64,000 nucleotides of DNA, taken from assembly GCA_040954595.2 (NCBI GenBank), contig CM082578.2:9409519-9473518 (forward strand), in the 5' to 3' direction. Below the pieces are notes generated by a model. The model searched no databases, was not told the DNA's origin, and saw only the letters and a list, made by a program, of their open reading frames with translations. The DNA is from Balanoglossus misakiensis (Eukaryota > Animalia > Hemichordata). Shown here in pieces: positions 32,538-47,500 of the stretch (positions within the stretch are counted from its first letter, which is position 1; every line of letters starts with the position of its first letter). The translations under genes and the position numbers were made by a program.

Positions 32538-35500
32538 ATGGCTACCCTCGAGGACAGAATACTCGGCGAGAAAACTCACTACTACTGCAGCAGCAGTGAA
32601 GACGAAGAGGAGAGTGAGGATGGACAAGGGGCAATTCGAGGTCAAGACGAGCCAGACCCCGATTCGGACTACGGGGGTACCGCAACACGAGTAAGAGCGT
32701 TTTATTCCTTTGAATCCGCGTTTGTTTTGTAACCCGAAACCGTGTATAAACGCTTGGCGACGCCATCACCATGGCAACAACCCCACACAATGGCGTACCG
32801 TAATGTTTACATTGAGTGCACGATTTTCAAACTTGTTTTGTTTTATTCTGTTTTCCTCTTTATATTATTTTTTTGAATTACACATCTATTACTTCTATGA
32901 AATGTGCAGTGTTACCTTTGTGTATACATGTACTGGTGTATAATTTGTGTGATCTTTACATTTCAGCATTTACATTCCCTATCCACTACCAATGTAATAA
33001 ATAGTTGTAACAAACTTCTTATGTTTTTGTGAATAAAATCTGAACACAAAATCGTAACCCGCATGGCACAAAGAGACATATGTTAATTAATATCACATGT
33101 CAATAGCAAGGGCAATATCATGATTATAGCCGGCATGAGGGATGGTGACCATGATATTGATGATCCCTGAGTCCAAGTATCATCAAAATTATAGTCAGAG
33201 AGTACCAGCCCGGGCTGTATCCCCTCACAATGGGCCATATCGGCTATCCCCCTACCTGCCACAGGTTATAGACTCTGTCAACCATATAATACATTTTTTC
33301 CTGTAACATGATTCGGTTACAGCCAATCAAGAGTGCAAAATACAGCGTGAGGTGTCATAATACATAATATAATGAAATTTAACAATTCTTGTGTGTAGTA
33401 CTGTAGTATACAGTACTTTTAACAGTCAGTGACTTGATATTTAATTTTAAATGTTAAAGTTGATTTCTTGAAGTACAGTTCACAACAATTTCTGTGGAAC
33501 AATTTATCAGCAATCCAAGTAACATGTATTGTACATACCTAAGCATACAAGTACTGAAGTAGGTCAACCCAGATGTCCTATGAGATAACTCTCACTTGAC
33601 CTGCCAATCATGAGGTGAAAAAAAGCAGTTTAATGAAATACAACCATCTGACAGCTGTGTGAAAAATGAGATAGCGACAGATTGTCTTCGGAGTGCATAT
33701 TGTTCGTGTGGTATTGATGATACTGCCTTGTCTATCTCCCAACTTTGAAAAAAAAATGAAATGTATACACGATGACAAATTTGAGATAGTAGCCGTACCG
33801 GAGACAATTGAGAAATGTCTGCTTCATGTAAAAACATACACAGTGCATTGTGGTGTCTCTATATAATAATAAGCATTAGGCACTTCAACTATTGATGTGA
33901 AATTGATTCAAGAAATGTCTGCTGACGGTAGCAGGAAGGCCAGTGACATGCGGGGTACATACATGTATCAGAAGAGGAATGGATGTAGAGAGGCGACATC
34001 TTTGAAGGAGTACAGTGTAGACAAATGCAACTTTAGCAGAAAGTCTATTACTGTGACACCGATATGTGTTTCAGACCAAACGCTGTCACCTTCACCAGTA
34101 ACTGTCACTAGCAATCATGCATCGATACGCATGAGTAATGCATGCACAACATTCCCGTAAAAATTACTCATAATTCGTATCCCTATCATCATTGATGCCG
34201 GTCCTGGCGACAGAGCGGGAAGAAGGCACCGGCCATACCAGTATTTACGATGAAACTCTAATTAATGATGTGTCTCGCGGGTCATTGACTGGCTGACTTA
34301 TCAATTACCAGAAACAGATTTCATTTCCTAGCACCTGCAATGTTAATTAGAAGACCTTACATGGGGGCAGGGAGTGTCTGGCGTATAATGGATATTTCAA
34401 AACTTGGCTTCCTCGTGAAATTAGCCGTAAAAGGCACACATGTCGGTCAGATCAATTCATACGAGTAAGTTTCCCCATTTTAATGGAGAGACATCCAATT
34501 CAGAATGTCACAGGGGTGAGACACCTTTTTAACTCCGTCGCTTTAAATATAGCACGTAACGCTCGTAAAGAATGTACATGTTCGTGTCATTGCTGACACT
34601 TCTAACCCTGTGATTAAACTCGGCTGCAGGAAATTGTCTTGTCAGAAAAGTTTACAGTTGAGTTGCAACTGCTGATAAACTTTACACAGTTATTTGTCAT
34701 ATTTATTTGAATTAAAAGAGAACTCTCGTTTTGAATATTAAAGTCACACCTTGTCTCTCATTTGTTGGTGTTTATAGAGTTTTAAAAACTGTAAACAGTG
34801 ATATCAAAACATTTGTATGGTTACAGCAGAATCAGCTACTCAGAGCAAATCTGCTCTGGATTCATGTGGTTTCAGATCAGATGTGAAATAAATTCATTTC
34901 CCTGGACATCGTTTGGAGAGCGATGTAACAGATCTTCGCAGACTGATAAATGCCATGTTGTGAACGTTGTAAATTGGTGTCGTAATAGGCAAAGCAATTT
35001 AGAATTATTATGCATAGACCAGACTGAAATCCTCTCTGGGACGCTCACTCCATCATGAAAAAATTGGCGCGATATTATTCAACGACATTATTTACATTGA
35101 TACCACTGCTGTGTAATGACTGAAGATTCAGAATTTAGAGCTCCATATGTTTTGTGATTTTGTATAACATTATTTATTACATGATCACTACCGCTGTTTT
35201 ATTATTGTAGATTGTACGGGTCCATTCATGTGTGTTTGATTCTGTCTTCGAAATTGCCGGGACTGCTTTAAATCACCATCTTTCAGTTTATTATTTCATC
35301 GGTAATCTCCTCATGTAAGCCTGAATCAGCAGAACTCAGTCAGCGAAGATAAATTAATTTTGATTCAGTTTGAAGAAAGTGGACTAAATGTACTTTACGA
35401 TCAAAATTCCAGACTGAGAAAATTGTGATTATTTTAGACATGTTGGAGGATGCCCAACAATCTTCTGCTTGGGAATCACAGACTACAAAATATTATCATT

Positions 35501-38500
35501 TCTTTAAACATGTACATAAATCAAACTATTTTTATCACTGGAAATGGTTACCCTGAATCAATTTCAATGCAAATTAATAACGAAATATATCATTCTGTGT
35601 ATCTATTGTAATTTTAATACTGGATACAGATGCCTGGATGCTCGCACTGCCTTCATGACAACATGATAGAGTGATTACACACTGCAGTTTGAATAAGTAG
35701 CTCTTTTTTCAACATTTTTTAATAACACAAAATTCTTCGTATCCTTCCTGATCATAAAAAAAGTACATTAGTAGGATCTTCTGATAAGTGCAAAATGTAG
35801 GCATACAACAAAACTTACAAGATCTTGCTTGTCTTGTTAATTTATCATTTACCCCACTGAAGGAGTATTTGAAAATGGATCAATATGTCTTCTGCGATGG
35901 AAATGTGTGTGTGTCTAACCGACAGGAAATAACTTTAAAGAAATGCAGCTGAGCCCTTATGAAATAAAATATGAGCGCCATTTATCAATGGAGAATGTCT
36001 AAGATTTTTTTCAACAGACTTTCCATTTTGGCCTCACTCTTTGAGAAATTTCCAAAGATATGATAAAGTGTGTATGCAAGAAAGTGTATAATGTATTGAT
36101 GGATAATCCCAGGTGATGATAATTAACATTTTTCAAGATTTTCTCTTTCAAGCACATTGATGCTGGAGGCCATGTCTCGAGGATTTATAGGGACATTTGT
36201 TTAAAATAGGTGGTGGGAAATCATTCTTTGCCAACAACATTTCATAGCACAAGTATATGCCCAACAATTTGACAAGATTTGAGTGTGAAAAACTTTTGTG
36301 TATGTGTACTTAAAATGTTTGTTGTTGTTGGTGGTGGTGGTAGTAGTGATGTTGTGAAGGATAGCTACATGTACACGTATTTGTGTACAACAAATGCATG
36401 TACATGTACATGTACATTTTTCTCCCATGAGTGCTAATAGAAGAAAACTTCTAGAAGGTTCCCACTGGCCAATAACGATGGGGAATCGCTTTGTCACTGG
36501 TAGAGTTACATGACAGTTTCACAATAAGAAATAGACATTGACACACTAGTATCTTGCAGTGATGAACACAAACAAAGGCCCATCACAATACCCCACCCTC
36601 TTTCGTGATCACGTCGTACATGTATAAGTGCGGCCATTTTTCTGTCGTCATGTCATCATCTTGATGCATTGGTTGACCTTCCCCTTTTTAAAGCTCCACT
36701 CCCCGGAATTCACCCGATGGCTGTTGGATACCCCTTTTCTCTCTAACATCTCACTGCAACCTTTTTGCCATTCAGACTGGTCCCAAAGGTGTGCTTGAAG
36801 ACTGGCGGCGCTATAAACAACTGGAAAACGAAAACCGTGTCGATCAGGAGAGAGAGAAGTTGGAGCTTGCCAAGAAACTAGCGCTTACCTGCCGTACCAG
36901 TGTAAGTGTAGCATACCAAGTCAAATGCTTGAACTGTGGCATTTTTTTGTTTTTTTTCTTAAACTGAGTATATCAAGGCTCGTATATCTAAAAAAAAGTA
37001 TTTTGTGTTTGCTTCAATCCTATTGCATTAACTTGGAATTCTGTCTCCGTGTGGAATTCCAGTGGTTGGTGTTAAGATAAAAGATAAAAAGTTCACTCTG
37101 TGCCCTTGCCAAGAAAAATCAAAGGAATAGTATTTTTTCTTCCTGAAGGCCTTTCCCCAATACACTATACATAAAGATATGAGGGCAATGCAAAGGAATT
37201 CCTTCTCCTTTTCAGTTGAGGATGAAAAGAATTTTCTTCTCCTCTTTTTCCAAGCACATTGATTTGCAACTTGGTCAAAACTGGGGATTTTACAGCCATT
37301 GAGGGAAATCTGTTTCACAAATGTTGCAACACTGAAAAGGGAGCGAAGATTTCAGAGGAGAAAAACAGATTCGTGACCAGATGAAGTGGTTTTATATGTC
37401 CCCTTAGCCGTCAATTGAAAAGGGGACCATCTGGCAGGGTTTAATGCTCACATTCGTTGAAAGCTGAATGGAGTATTTTCCAAATCTGTCAATTTTGTCT
37501 GTATCTGATTTCTCTCGATAGCTTGGCTGTGTCTTTGTTTCATTCACTGGCTCCCGTCATTCACCCCTACAATTACACTGCAGATAATACGTTTAAACGG
37601 ATATTTGATTCTTGTGCGGATTCTATCCAGTGGGTCAATTTGACATTTTCTAAGAATTCAAGACAGACCTTTTGTGCAAAATTATCTAAGCGATGTACTC
37701 AAAATTCACGTCAGATCCGCTGAAGGCAGCTCTCTGTTGTCGCAGAGTGACGACTCCGCACTTCTTTTGACATTTTCGGTTTAATTCCATGGAGAGAAAT
37801 TGTGTGTTGTTGGACTTCTGAAAATTGCTGAAATATTAATACCAATTAACTGTACGGACAAAAAAGAAAAAGAAGCAAACATGTTTAACACATTTTTGTT
37901 CATTTCCAGGGATTTTTCGGTTTGCTGTTAGGAGATTGATTATATCCATAGTGAATATGGATGCAACCGCAAATTTACATTTAGATTATCAAGCATACTC
38001 TTGACATCAATTAGGTCAAAATAGAGCAGTTTTACCTCTGTAAGAGAAGATGTTCAGTTTTGCCTGCGTTCACATCAGCCCGTCCCCCTTGGTTGCGATT
38101 GTAGTGAAAAATATTTCTTTATATTTGACCCTGGCAGCAAGATGACGCCAATGAGAAAGAGACGGAAGAACAACAGATGCTGGAGTTGGAGGCTGAGCTA
38201 GACGACGAATTCCTGCGCAGATACAGATTACAGAGGATGCAAGAGATGCATGAGCAGCTTCAAAACAAGTGAGTCAGTGGGCACGACGTCAAAACTTGCG
38301 TCATTCTGTGACCGACCCAGTCAGGTGTGCATAGACTGGAGATTATCTTTTTTTTTTACACACAGGGCCCCGGTCAGATGGAATTAAGTTTTCAATCAGT
38401 GGCAGGGATGTGTCCACAGTCATTTGGCAGGTTGGCAGGTGGTGGCGTTTTCTAAGCGGTTTTGTGTCTGTTTTGAAATCTGTTGTTCATAGTAGGCTAG

Positions 38501-41500
38501 CCCGGGTTGGTTGAGGACTCAATTAAATCTCCCTGCTATGCCGGCAATCTCTGATGCGGTGTATGTATGGGAGGTTTTTCCGTCAGCTCTCTGCAATAGA
38601 TGCAGTCTCCTGGCTGTTAATCCGACCCCTGAAAATTCACAGATGAGGCGTGCATGGCAATTTTCTATGGTAACAGCGGTTAGATGACCATAAAACTCTA
38701 AGCGTAGAAATAGACGCCCTTCTTAATAATTCTGGAGGATTTTAGCCGATTTTCTAGCAGTCAAGTCGCGTTTTACACATCCACAAATTGTAGTGCTAGT
38801 ACCGTCAAGGTTAATGTATACTCACGACAAATCAGGACAAGCCATCATTCATGTATTTCTGTCATGTCCAAAGAGCTCTATTACAAGTGATAAACTTGTC
38901 TGAGATTTCAGTAATCCCATCACCTCGAGAAAACGATCAATCAAACAGCGAGCTGGCATTTGTCACACACAGTTAATATATACTGACTTTGCCGCAGCAT
39001 CAGTGGAAGACTCTAAATCAGGTCTTGAGATAGAGGAGTGTATAAAAACCGATCTGCGAGAATTTCCCCACGGAGGCGTAAAGGTATTGCGTCTTCTGAG
39101 CCTTCGTTCGATGTTGCCACTACAAATTTCCCTCTGGGGAACGGGCGCAAAGGCGACCGACTTCATTTTCATGTTTGGCGAGTATTTCTCACTCCAGGAG
39201 CTAAACAGCTGTCAATTGCTGGAGACCTCTGAAATGAAAACGTGGATTTCAGATGTTCGTCTGCGGAATGACAAATCACTTGTGTGTGTGGGTTTGTTTA
39301 GTGGCTGTCGTCCTGGTGCAGAGTGGCATATGCATGTCGATTGTGTCACTGTGGAAATTGATCAGAATCCCAGCAAACACGTGTCCCTGTAAATCAGCCT
39401 GGGTATTTCACCGCGAGCACCAGACCTAGTTAGGCATGCTTGCACGAACGAACGAATGAATGAATGAATGAACAGATGACATCAGACTTGGCTCTGCAGT
39501 GTCTGCAGTGGAGCCGAATTTGCCCCGAGAACATTTAAGCACTGCAAAAGCTGTTAAAATCGATTTCTGCGCTCTGCAGGGTCCCCATGCCCCCCAAACA
39601 ACACCGATCCCGCAGGGCTCGTGAAATCGCAGGTGAATAAAAATAACGCCGATGGATTCCAGCCTGACAGTGGCTTAGCACTCCAAACAGAGATAATCCA
39701 CGTCTCCTGTCAGCTATCAACTTTTTACGATGAAATTTGCATCCACTTTTGAGACTTAAAGGTCATGTGTGCATGCATTGTCTTGGTTCGAGTTTCGCAT
39801 AAATCATCAAAGAACGAACAAAGAGTAATGAAATGAGAACTTTTTTTTCAAACACTTTGTGTATAAAAAAAGCAATCAAAGTGTTCAAACAGGTGGAATA
39901 AGCCTGTATTGTGAAAAGAAATGGAATAGATTTGTTTAGTTTGTAAATTGTATAGGAATGCATTTTGTTATTCAAGGACTTGTTCTTAATTGAGTCATGT
40001 GTGTCTAGTGAGTAGAAATATTTATAACACATCTTTTTTGCTATCATGTACAGATGAACAGATTACACAGCCAAATGCAAAAAGACTTTTAATGTAATTT
40101 TTGGGAGGCTGAAATCAAACATGATATCATTCATATCTTTAGTCTGATTGTTCCAGAGCATCACTTTCTTGTGAGTGCCTTCAGTTTAACCATTCCCACT
40201 GTGTCAATATTTAAATGCATTGAGCAATTAAAAAATAAAATCCAATTTTTTCCTCCGCCAACAGATAAAATATGTCATTGAGCAGTCAGCCACAAATACA
40301 ACAGGGATGGGTTTGATACAATCGGAAGAAATTATTTTGCTGCAGAGCAAAATATTTTGCTATAAAGAGGCTTGACACCAATGGGAATTTTCTTCCGTGT
40401 GCTTCTAGCCAGTCTGTGTCAGCTCGACTCCTTAGAAAATGTGAGTGTAGTTAGTTTAGTCAGAGCACTAAATAGATTTACATCCACAAAGCTTGCTGCC
40501 GGAAAGCAAGTAGTTGAACGGAAGAAGAATTGACCATGTGGAATTTTAACATTTCACTCTTTGGCTGCCCTGACATCAAAGCAATAGTACTGGTTAAGTG
40601 TTGATTTTTGATTTATCATGACTTCTGTGATTTTTACAAAAGTTTTATCCCAAGAATCCCATATTTAGAGCAAAATAATAGATCTAGAGCAAACAAGACA
40701 TTATAAAATGATATTACACTGATATGTACAGGCTGATTTAAATGCACACAATACATATCAATCATTGCTTTGTAATACTTTTTTATATGTTTGTTGAATA
40801 TTTTTGTTCAATTTAATCCAAAATAAGCTCTAAATCTTGTTGGGGAATTGGAGAATGCTGAAAAATTTTCTGCCTTGAAACATTTACAAGATGGTGCCTT
40901 GAAACTGAAGGCTTACTTTTCTGCCTGAATGCGTATAGTGTTGTCTTGTGTATGCTGCATTGTATTGCAGGCAGCGCGCAGACGACATTATAACTAATCC
41001 CTTATGATATAAAAATACTCCCTATATGCCAAAGTGAATCACTATGCCTCGGGTTGTTTTTTTCACCGTTTACACAAGAGAGAGATTGGCAGGGAAGGAA
41101 AAAAAATCCTCCCTAATTCTCCGCGTTGACTCGACTGGCATGTTCAGTAATTTGAGGTATTCACAGCTCAGGAGAATCGAGTATTGTGGTATGCAAGATC
41201 TTAATTCGCCGTCAAAATGAAAAGGGAAGGCCTGGATTTTGCAGTTTTCCTTTACACTGTGCTGAATTCCGATGTGGTGAGCCACAGACGAACTCAAATT
41301 TATTGTAGAAAAGAAAACTGGCCCTTTCAAAGTAAACATTAAATTTCAGTTCCTGTTTGATTTCAAAATCATTATTGGTTTGGCATCTTGTTCATGAGCT
41401 TATGAAGCTCACATTTGAAATTTACATATAGTATTCATGTTGTAGGTCCTGATGATTATGTTTTCCATTGGGATTTGACAAAAATGTAGCTTTCACTTGT

Positions 41501-44500
41501 CAATCAAGGGTCATTCACCTTTTGCATGTAATATACTGGTATTTATTTATGTATGTATGGATGGATGGATAAACTTTAGTTTCAAGAGAGCATGAACAAT
41601 GTTTTCTGAAATACACTAATAGTCCCTCTTGCCTCATACTTCCATAGTTTGCTTTCAGTAGTTGGGCATCATGAATTCCACCCAATATTCTCTGACAACC
41701 ACCCTCCCCTAATAGTGCGCCCTCAACCTGACGTACCCAGGGTATGCAGTGCAGTGATAGATACATGTATGTAGACGCAGCTAGTACATTTATAGTGGCA
41801 GCTCATTTGTGCATATCTTGATGCAGCCCTAGAGAGTTGTTCTAAGTGTGGGGGCAATCATCCTGTATTTGCGAGCCTTAATTTACTTTATTCCACTCTT
41901 TGTCTACAAGTTTCATCAAGTGAGGATGCAATCCTGTGAGATCCCCCCCCCCTTGTATTAGGCAGCATGTATGTCATTCTGAAACTGTTGTTGCCCATCA
42001 TTGCTGTGTGTTCACTGCCTCGAAAGAAAGACAGTTTGAGATATTAGTTTGCAGTTTTTACAGTTGTAGAAGCTAAACAGTCGGCTCTTCATTGTATAAT
42101 TGTGACAGCATAATATATGTGACATCTTTGAGGCTACATGTATTCCCATCTTGCATCGTAGTTTTTTATCTCACAAAGAATGTCTTCCTAAATAGCTGGG
42201 ATGAAAATAAAATGTTTTGCACTCAGTTGCCATGTCTATCACTTATTTATCATTTATCATGATAGCACTCTGTCTTGCAGGTGCTCAGGTAGAAATCTGC
42301 ACTGAAATAATAAACAAATGCAGACTGTGAAGATCTCACAGGGGTCGCGACCTCTTCAAGTGCATGCCACATGAACCTTCTGAGGAATTATATGGAATGA
42401 AATTTCTCCGGATATTGGACCACTCGGATATGCATTGATCGTTGATGTTGAAGCTTTTTTAATTCAGTTTGGCGAATTTCCCTCACTTCAGTGGATTCTT
42501 CGAGAGGGAATTTTCTTGAGGCCAAAGAAGCCACGTACAGCGTATCGGAATTCCTGATTAAATATTTACGTTTCTATTACAATTTCACTCTGGCAATTTT
42601 ATGCCTGGAGGACACGGTTATGGTTGTAGTTTAACCCTGCTCACCCCCTGGATTCCCATCCCAGTGCTAGAGTCCCTGTGTTTTTATTAGGCTCAATAGG
42701 CCGCACCATTGGGAAATGGGGTTGGGTGGGTTCAGTAAACTCAGCGAGGATGTGCAGTGTGCTGTATTAATATACACGCTTGGGTTAGCCTTGCCTCGCC
42801 AGTGCCATGCATATCAAATTTTATTTTCCGCGTTCCACAGAGTATAGAGCTACTGGTAACGTTTTCCCCCCACAATTGAAAATTTATTTACATGTTTGTA
42901 ATTTGGAACAGAAGAGGCTTCCAGCAATTACTGCAATAGATGAAATAATAGACAGCGGAAAAATTAAAGTGACTTGTTTTTCTTTTCTATTTTTTGTGAA
43001 TCAGGACACACTAACTGCTAAAATTCCCATATTTGTTGGGAACAGCTACAACTTTTGAGTACACACTTGTTTTGCTCCATGCATTTACCTGTGAAAATTA
43101 TTGCTCATCATACTAAAAATGAGCTCATTTATGTCGACTTTACTCATTCACGCCAGGATTGAGAATTGGACATATCGTGCAGAGTCTATCATTTAAAACA
43201 TTTATGCCAGACAGTATGTGGGTGTCGCCATGGCCAATTGTTGCAACAGAATAGGCGTTCAGACCTTGCTGTGTATTAACTGCTGTCAATCAGAGGGAAA
43301 TATAGCCCCACCAAAATGAGACTATTAAACACGATTTTACAATGCAAAGTGTAATTACATGTTTTATTGAATTCAGACTGAATCAACTTTGAAGGCAAAC
43401 ACAACAGTGTTTAACTGTTGGTACAAGGATATGCTATTATGTAGTTTTGAAATGACTTGATGAAAGCGTATTTGAAAGACAAATTTACAATTCCCTGTAT
43501 AATAAAAAAAATCTCATAAAATTTAGGCTTTATAAGTCGCAGATTTGTCGCCAGCGTAGAGGAATAGATGTGGTACATGCGGATTGGTCGTAGTCGGGAA
43601 AATTGTGTTTTGGCAGAGCGAAACCTACTGACTATAGAACTCTAGCAATAATTTGATTGTGACCAGACAATTTCAAACAACAAGGGCCCAAAATGTCAAC
43701 CAAGTGAGACATCGAGCAAAGAGCAAGCAATAGTGATCAGATTACCGCACCTTTAGGAAGATCTAGTTTTCTCTCTGTTTGTGCAAAAAAACAAATTTAC
43801 CATGCGCAGAAAACAATCAAGTTCTGCCAAAACGATTGGAACATTCTGATGGGAGCGATAACTAGAATGATGAGGCGAACTGGAAAAATAAACCACGTTG
43901 ATGAAGTACATCAAGCCTGCGCCCGATAAGGCCTTCATCTCAAATGCAGATCATTGAATTTCCATGCAATGGACTGTCCCTTGGCTCTGCAAATCTATCA
44001 ACTTTGTATTTGGTAATAACTTTCGCAGTATTTCCATATAAATGCTGAACCCACATACTGTTAGTATTAAAGAGGTGCATCACAACTGCAGCAAATAATA
44101 TTTGTTTTCCACTTCTTTTCCTTATACTAGTATTACACATATAGTCAACGTACATTGGCAGGTCAGATGGTGAAGGTTGCACTTTCTCTGTGGTTGTGGT
44201 TTTGTTATGTTTTATTTATTTGTCATGTGTGGATTCAATATGACTGGGGGTTAACAATTATAGACACTAAAAATATCACAAAAACGTTATGATATTACCG
44301 GGGTAATTTGTGTAGCTATACAGATCACTTTATTGTTATCCACCTCTTCCTCCTCCTCCTCCTCCTCCTCCTCCTCATCATCATCATTAGCAGCTGTCTT
44401 CAATTCACTCGAGGATGTAAGCATACAGGTCATGGTGAACACAAAGTTATATCCGCGAAAAAAGAACCAAAATACAGGATGTCAAGACCAAATTACACTG

Positions 44501-47500
44501 TGTAGGAGTAAGAATCTTGAAACCACTTTTTCCCCCCGAGGCATTTGTGGTTCACCCACACCGAGAGATAATTTCGCTTTGCTTGTTCCTGTTCTCCTTC
44601 ATCTCCTTGCAAAAGAAATATGACAAAACATGGCAGTGTGAAAGTGGTTGGCGAATAAACCTGACTATGTGATTTTTTTTGCTTCCTATTTTTTCCAGGC
44701 CAACATTTGGACGGGTGGTGGAACTGACCCGAGGTCAATTTCTGGATGCCATTGACAAGGAAAAACCACAAGTGACGGTGATTATCCACATCTATGAGGA
44801 GGCAAGTCAAGACTTGGTTTGTTCTTGAGAAACACCCACTTCTAACAGTGTACATACATGTGCATGTACTTTCCAAAGGGTGTATTGTAATGGGCCATCA
44901 TCACATGAGGATTTTGATGTTGGTGACTACTGCATGATTCAAGAGCAACGTAAATATGTATCTCATTTCCAAATTGAAAAAAAATAGAGGAAAAAAGCAC
45001 AGGGCAAATGTAATCCAAAACAGCACAGTGAGAAAAGTGTTTATTAAAAATAGACATGAGCGTCATCACTGGTTTAGAAGTCTAGAAAATATAACCTTTT
45101 TCTTCCAGCAGGTTATTGTTAATTCTTAGAATCCCTGTTTTGTTTGTGAATGTGACTCAAAAGGAGATAAAAGGCAGAGGTGAAAATACGCAGAATTCAG
45201 TGAAATGTTTTTGTCGGAAAGTGTAGGCGATGGAAATGCTAATCAGGTTCTCAATGCAAGTTTTGGTTCGTCGGTTAGTGACTGACGCTGCACTGCTCAT
45301 TCAGCGATTCTTGTACATGTATGTAATGTATGCAGTGTCTCCCACCCACCCACCCCTCAAGGCAGTGTAGACCTGGGTCACTCAGTCACAGATTTCATGC
45401 ATACACAGTTCGTTGTGATTTGATTCTCCCCTCCGTATTAAACCAGACATTTGAAATCAGCCAATCGCTGCCGAGCAGGCAATATGCTCAGGAATTACCA
45501 CCAGAAAGGGTAAAAAAAAATGAGAACACACTCGAGCTATTAATCATGAAATTATCAGCCTTCAGAGGAAAATGGTTCCCCGATTTATTATTTGATTGTG
45601 GCAGAGATGCTGATGGATGGATAGAGGCTTATAGGTGTACTGTCTGTGGCTGGCTTTTAATTAGCTCCTTATAATATAAACCTTTTAAAAGGCTGCGTGA
45701 TTAGTCAAAAATGCCAGTATGCCCACACGAGGTGGATTATGTTTGTTCCAGTCTGTAAAGTTACTGCTGCTGCGGCATATATTTGGAGGTCAGGTATACA
45801 TGTAGCTCTGTCAAGGCCATGTAGCAAGTGCACAGCTGAAAAGCTGTTTTTTTTCTGTCGCATGTTATTGGGGGTTGCTTGTACTCTCCACTCTCCAATT
45901 ATCGTGACAGTCAATAATGACAACTCCATGTTTGCTTGTTGGCTGTGGAATGTGCACTATAGGGTCACATATCATTTTTGCAGAAAAACAGAATTCTTGA
46001 TCAAAGTGCTCGAACTGCCCAACAGGTGCGGTATTTTCCTGGATTTTTGACAATAGACAATGAATGATGCACGTCACCCGTGCATTAACTACTGGAAAAT
46101 TGTTTCCTTCTGAAAGGTGAAGCACTTCCTCCTGTGGTCTTTTCTGTCAGAAATTTACGCAAAACTATTGAACATTTTCCGTCAAGATGAAACATTCTAT
46201 GTATTCTATGGTAAAGTATGTTGGACCTCTAAAGAGGGAACTAGGGGTGAAAGGGTTACTCTTGATGGGACAGCTGAGTCTGCTAGAGAGAAGACCCTCT
46301 AACTGTATTCACTGCAAAAGCCTGAGCATAGAGCAACCTCCATGCCTTTTTTTCATCATTTTCTTATTAGAAAGGAAGCATAGAATGTTGACAGCTACGA
46401 AATTGTGAGTTCTAGAGAATGTCACTGATCACCAGTTCAGAGCATTCAGTATACATGTAATCTGGAAATGAAGATCCCTAGCCATTATAAGGATACATGC
46501 AAGACGTACCTGTACATGTACTAATTCTGAATAAATCTGAATCAAAATTTGAGATTTTTGATTCATGCTTAAATGCATGTGAAGTTCATATCCAGAGAAA
46601 CCAATTGCATGACAACCGTACATGTATGTGAATGAAAACCAAGGACCTGTTTTTTGTAGCCCAAAGTTGAAATACTATTTTTTTCTGTAGAATTATGGAC
46701 AGGGTCTGCAAATTCACCCTCAAATTGGCGGGTTACTTCATTTTATCTCTGTTTCTATCATCTTGTCAAGCTTCACCGGGTCACCAACAAACAGCAAGGG
46801 CTTTATAATGCCACGCACTGTAACTTTTCATTCCTTGTTATCGTTCTTAATTTCAAGCCAATGCCTGGAAATGATAATCCATTATTAAACATACATCAGT
46901 GACAAGATAATACACTCAGTACTCTTCACATTTTGCATCCAATCATATCGTTATTAGTTCCCAGTGGGGGGACTCTGCCCTTTGTACTTTTCAGTCTAGA
47001 CCTGTAGCTGAGAGACTGTGATGTGAAGACAGCATCATCGATGCCTTGAGTGTTCGGCAAGTGAGTGGTCCTCATGGTCCTACCAGGCTACTTGGCTGGT
47101 TTGTTTGCTACCGAATTGATCAAGATTATATACTAGACAAAAAGTTAAAAACAGGACAAATGCTCAGGTGTACAGGTACATGTACATGTTTATGTATCCT
47201 GATTAATCAACTGCAAATGAAGTATTGCCACTTGTAGCAAACTTCATGTTAGCCAAAGATTAGTTAAAGATTCTAAAATTCAGTCCTCACTTTTCTGTAT
47301 GCACTGTGACACCAGGTTTTCTACTACGTGAACTCTTAGCAGTTGGATATTGCCACAATGTAATTAATTTTTATAACGCTTAATTGAATTTTAATTTTGG
47401 CAAATTGCTGTCAGCAAGACAATTTGTCTCCCTTATCGATGTTTCAGGGAATTGTTATCTTCTGTTAGGAATTCAAAGTCTGTTTTTAAACATAGTTAAA

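Noticed and set aside
33110-33365. Possible dispersed repeat/MITE in PDCL intron 1 (similar impression at about 58550-58700 and 10235-10330)
   Set aside because: The composition looks repeat-like, but no second copy, TIR pair or TSD could be shown within the window; needs RepeatModeler or BLASTN.
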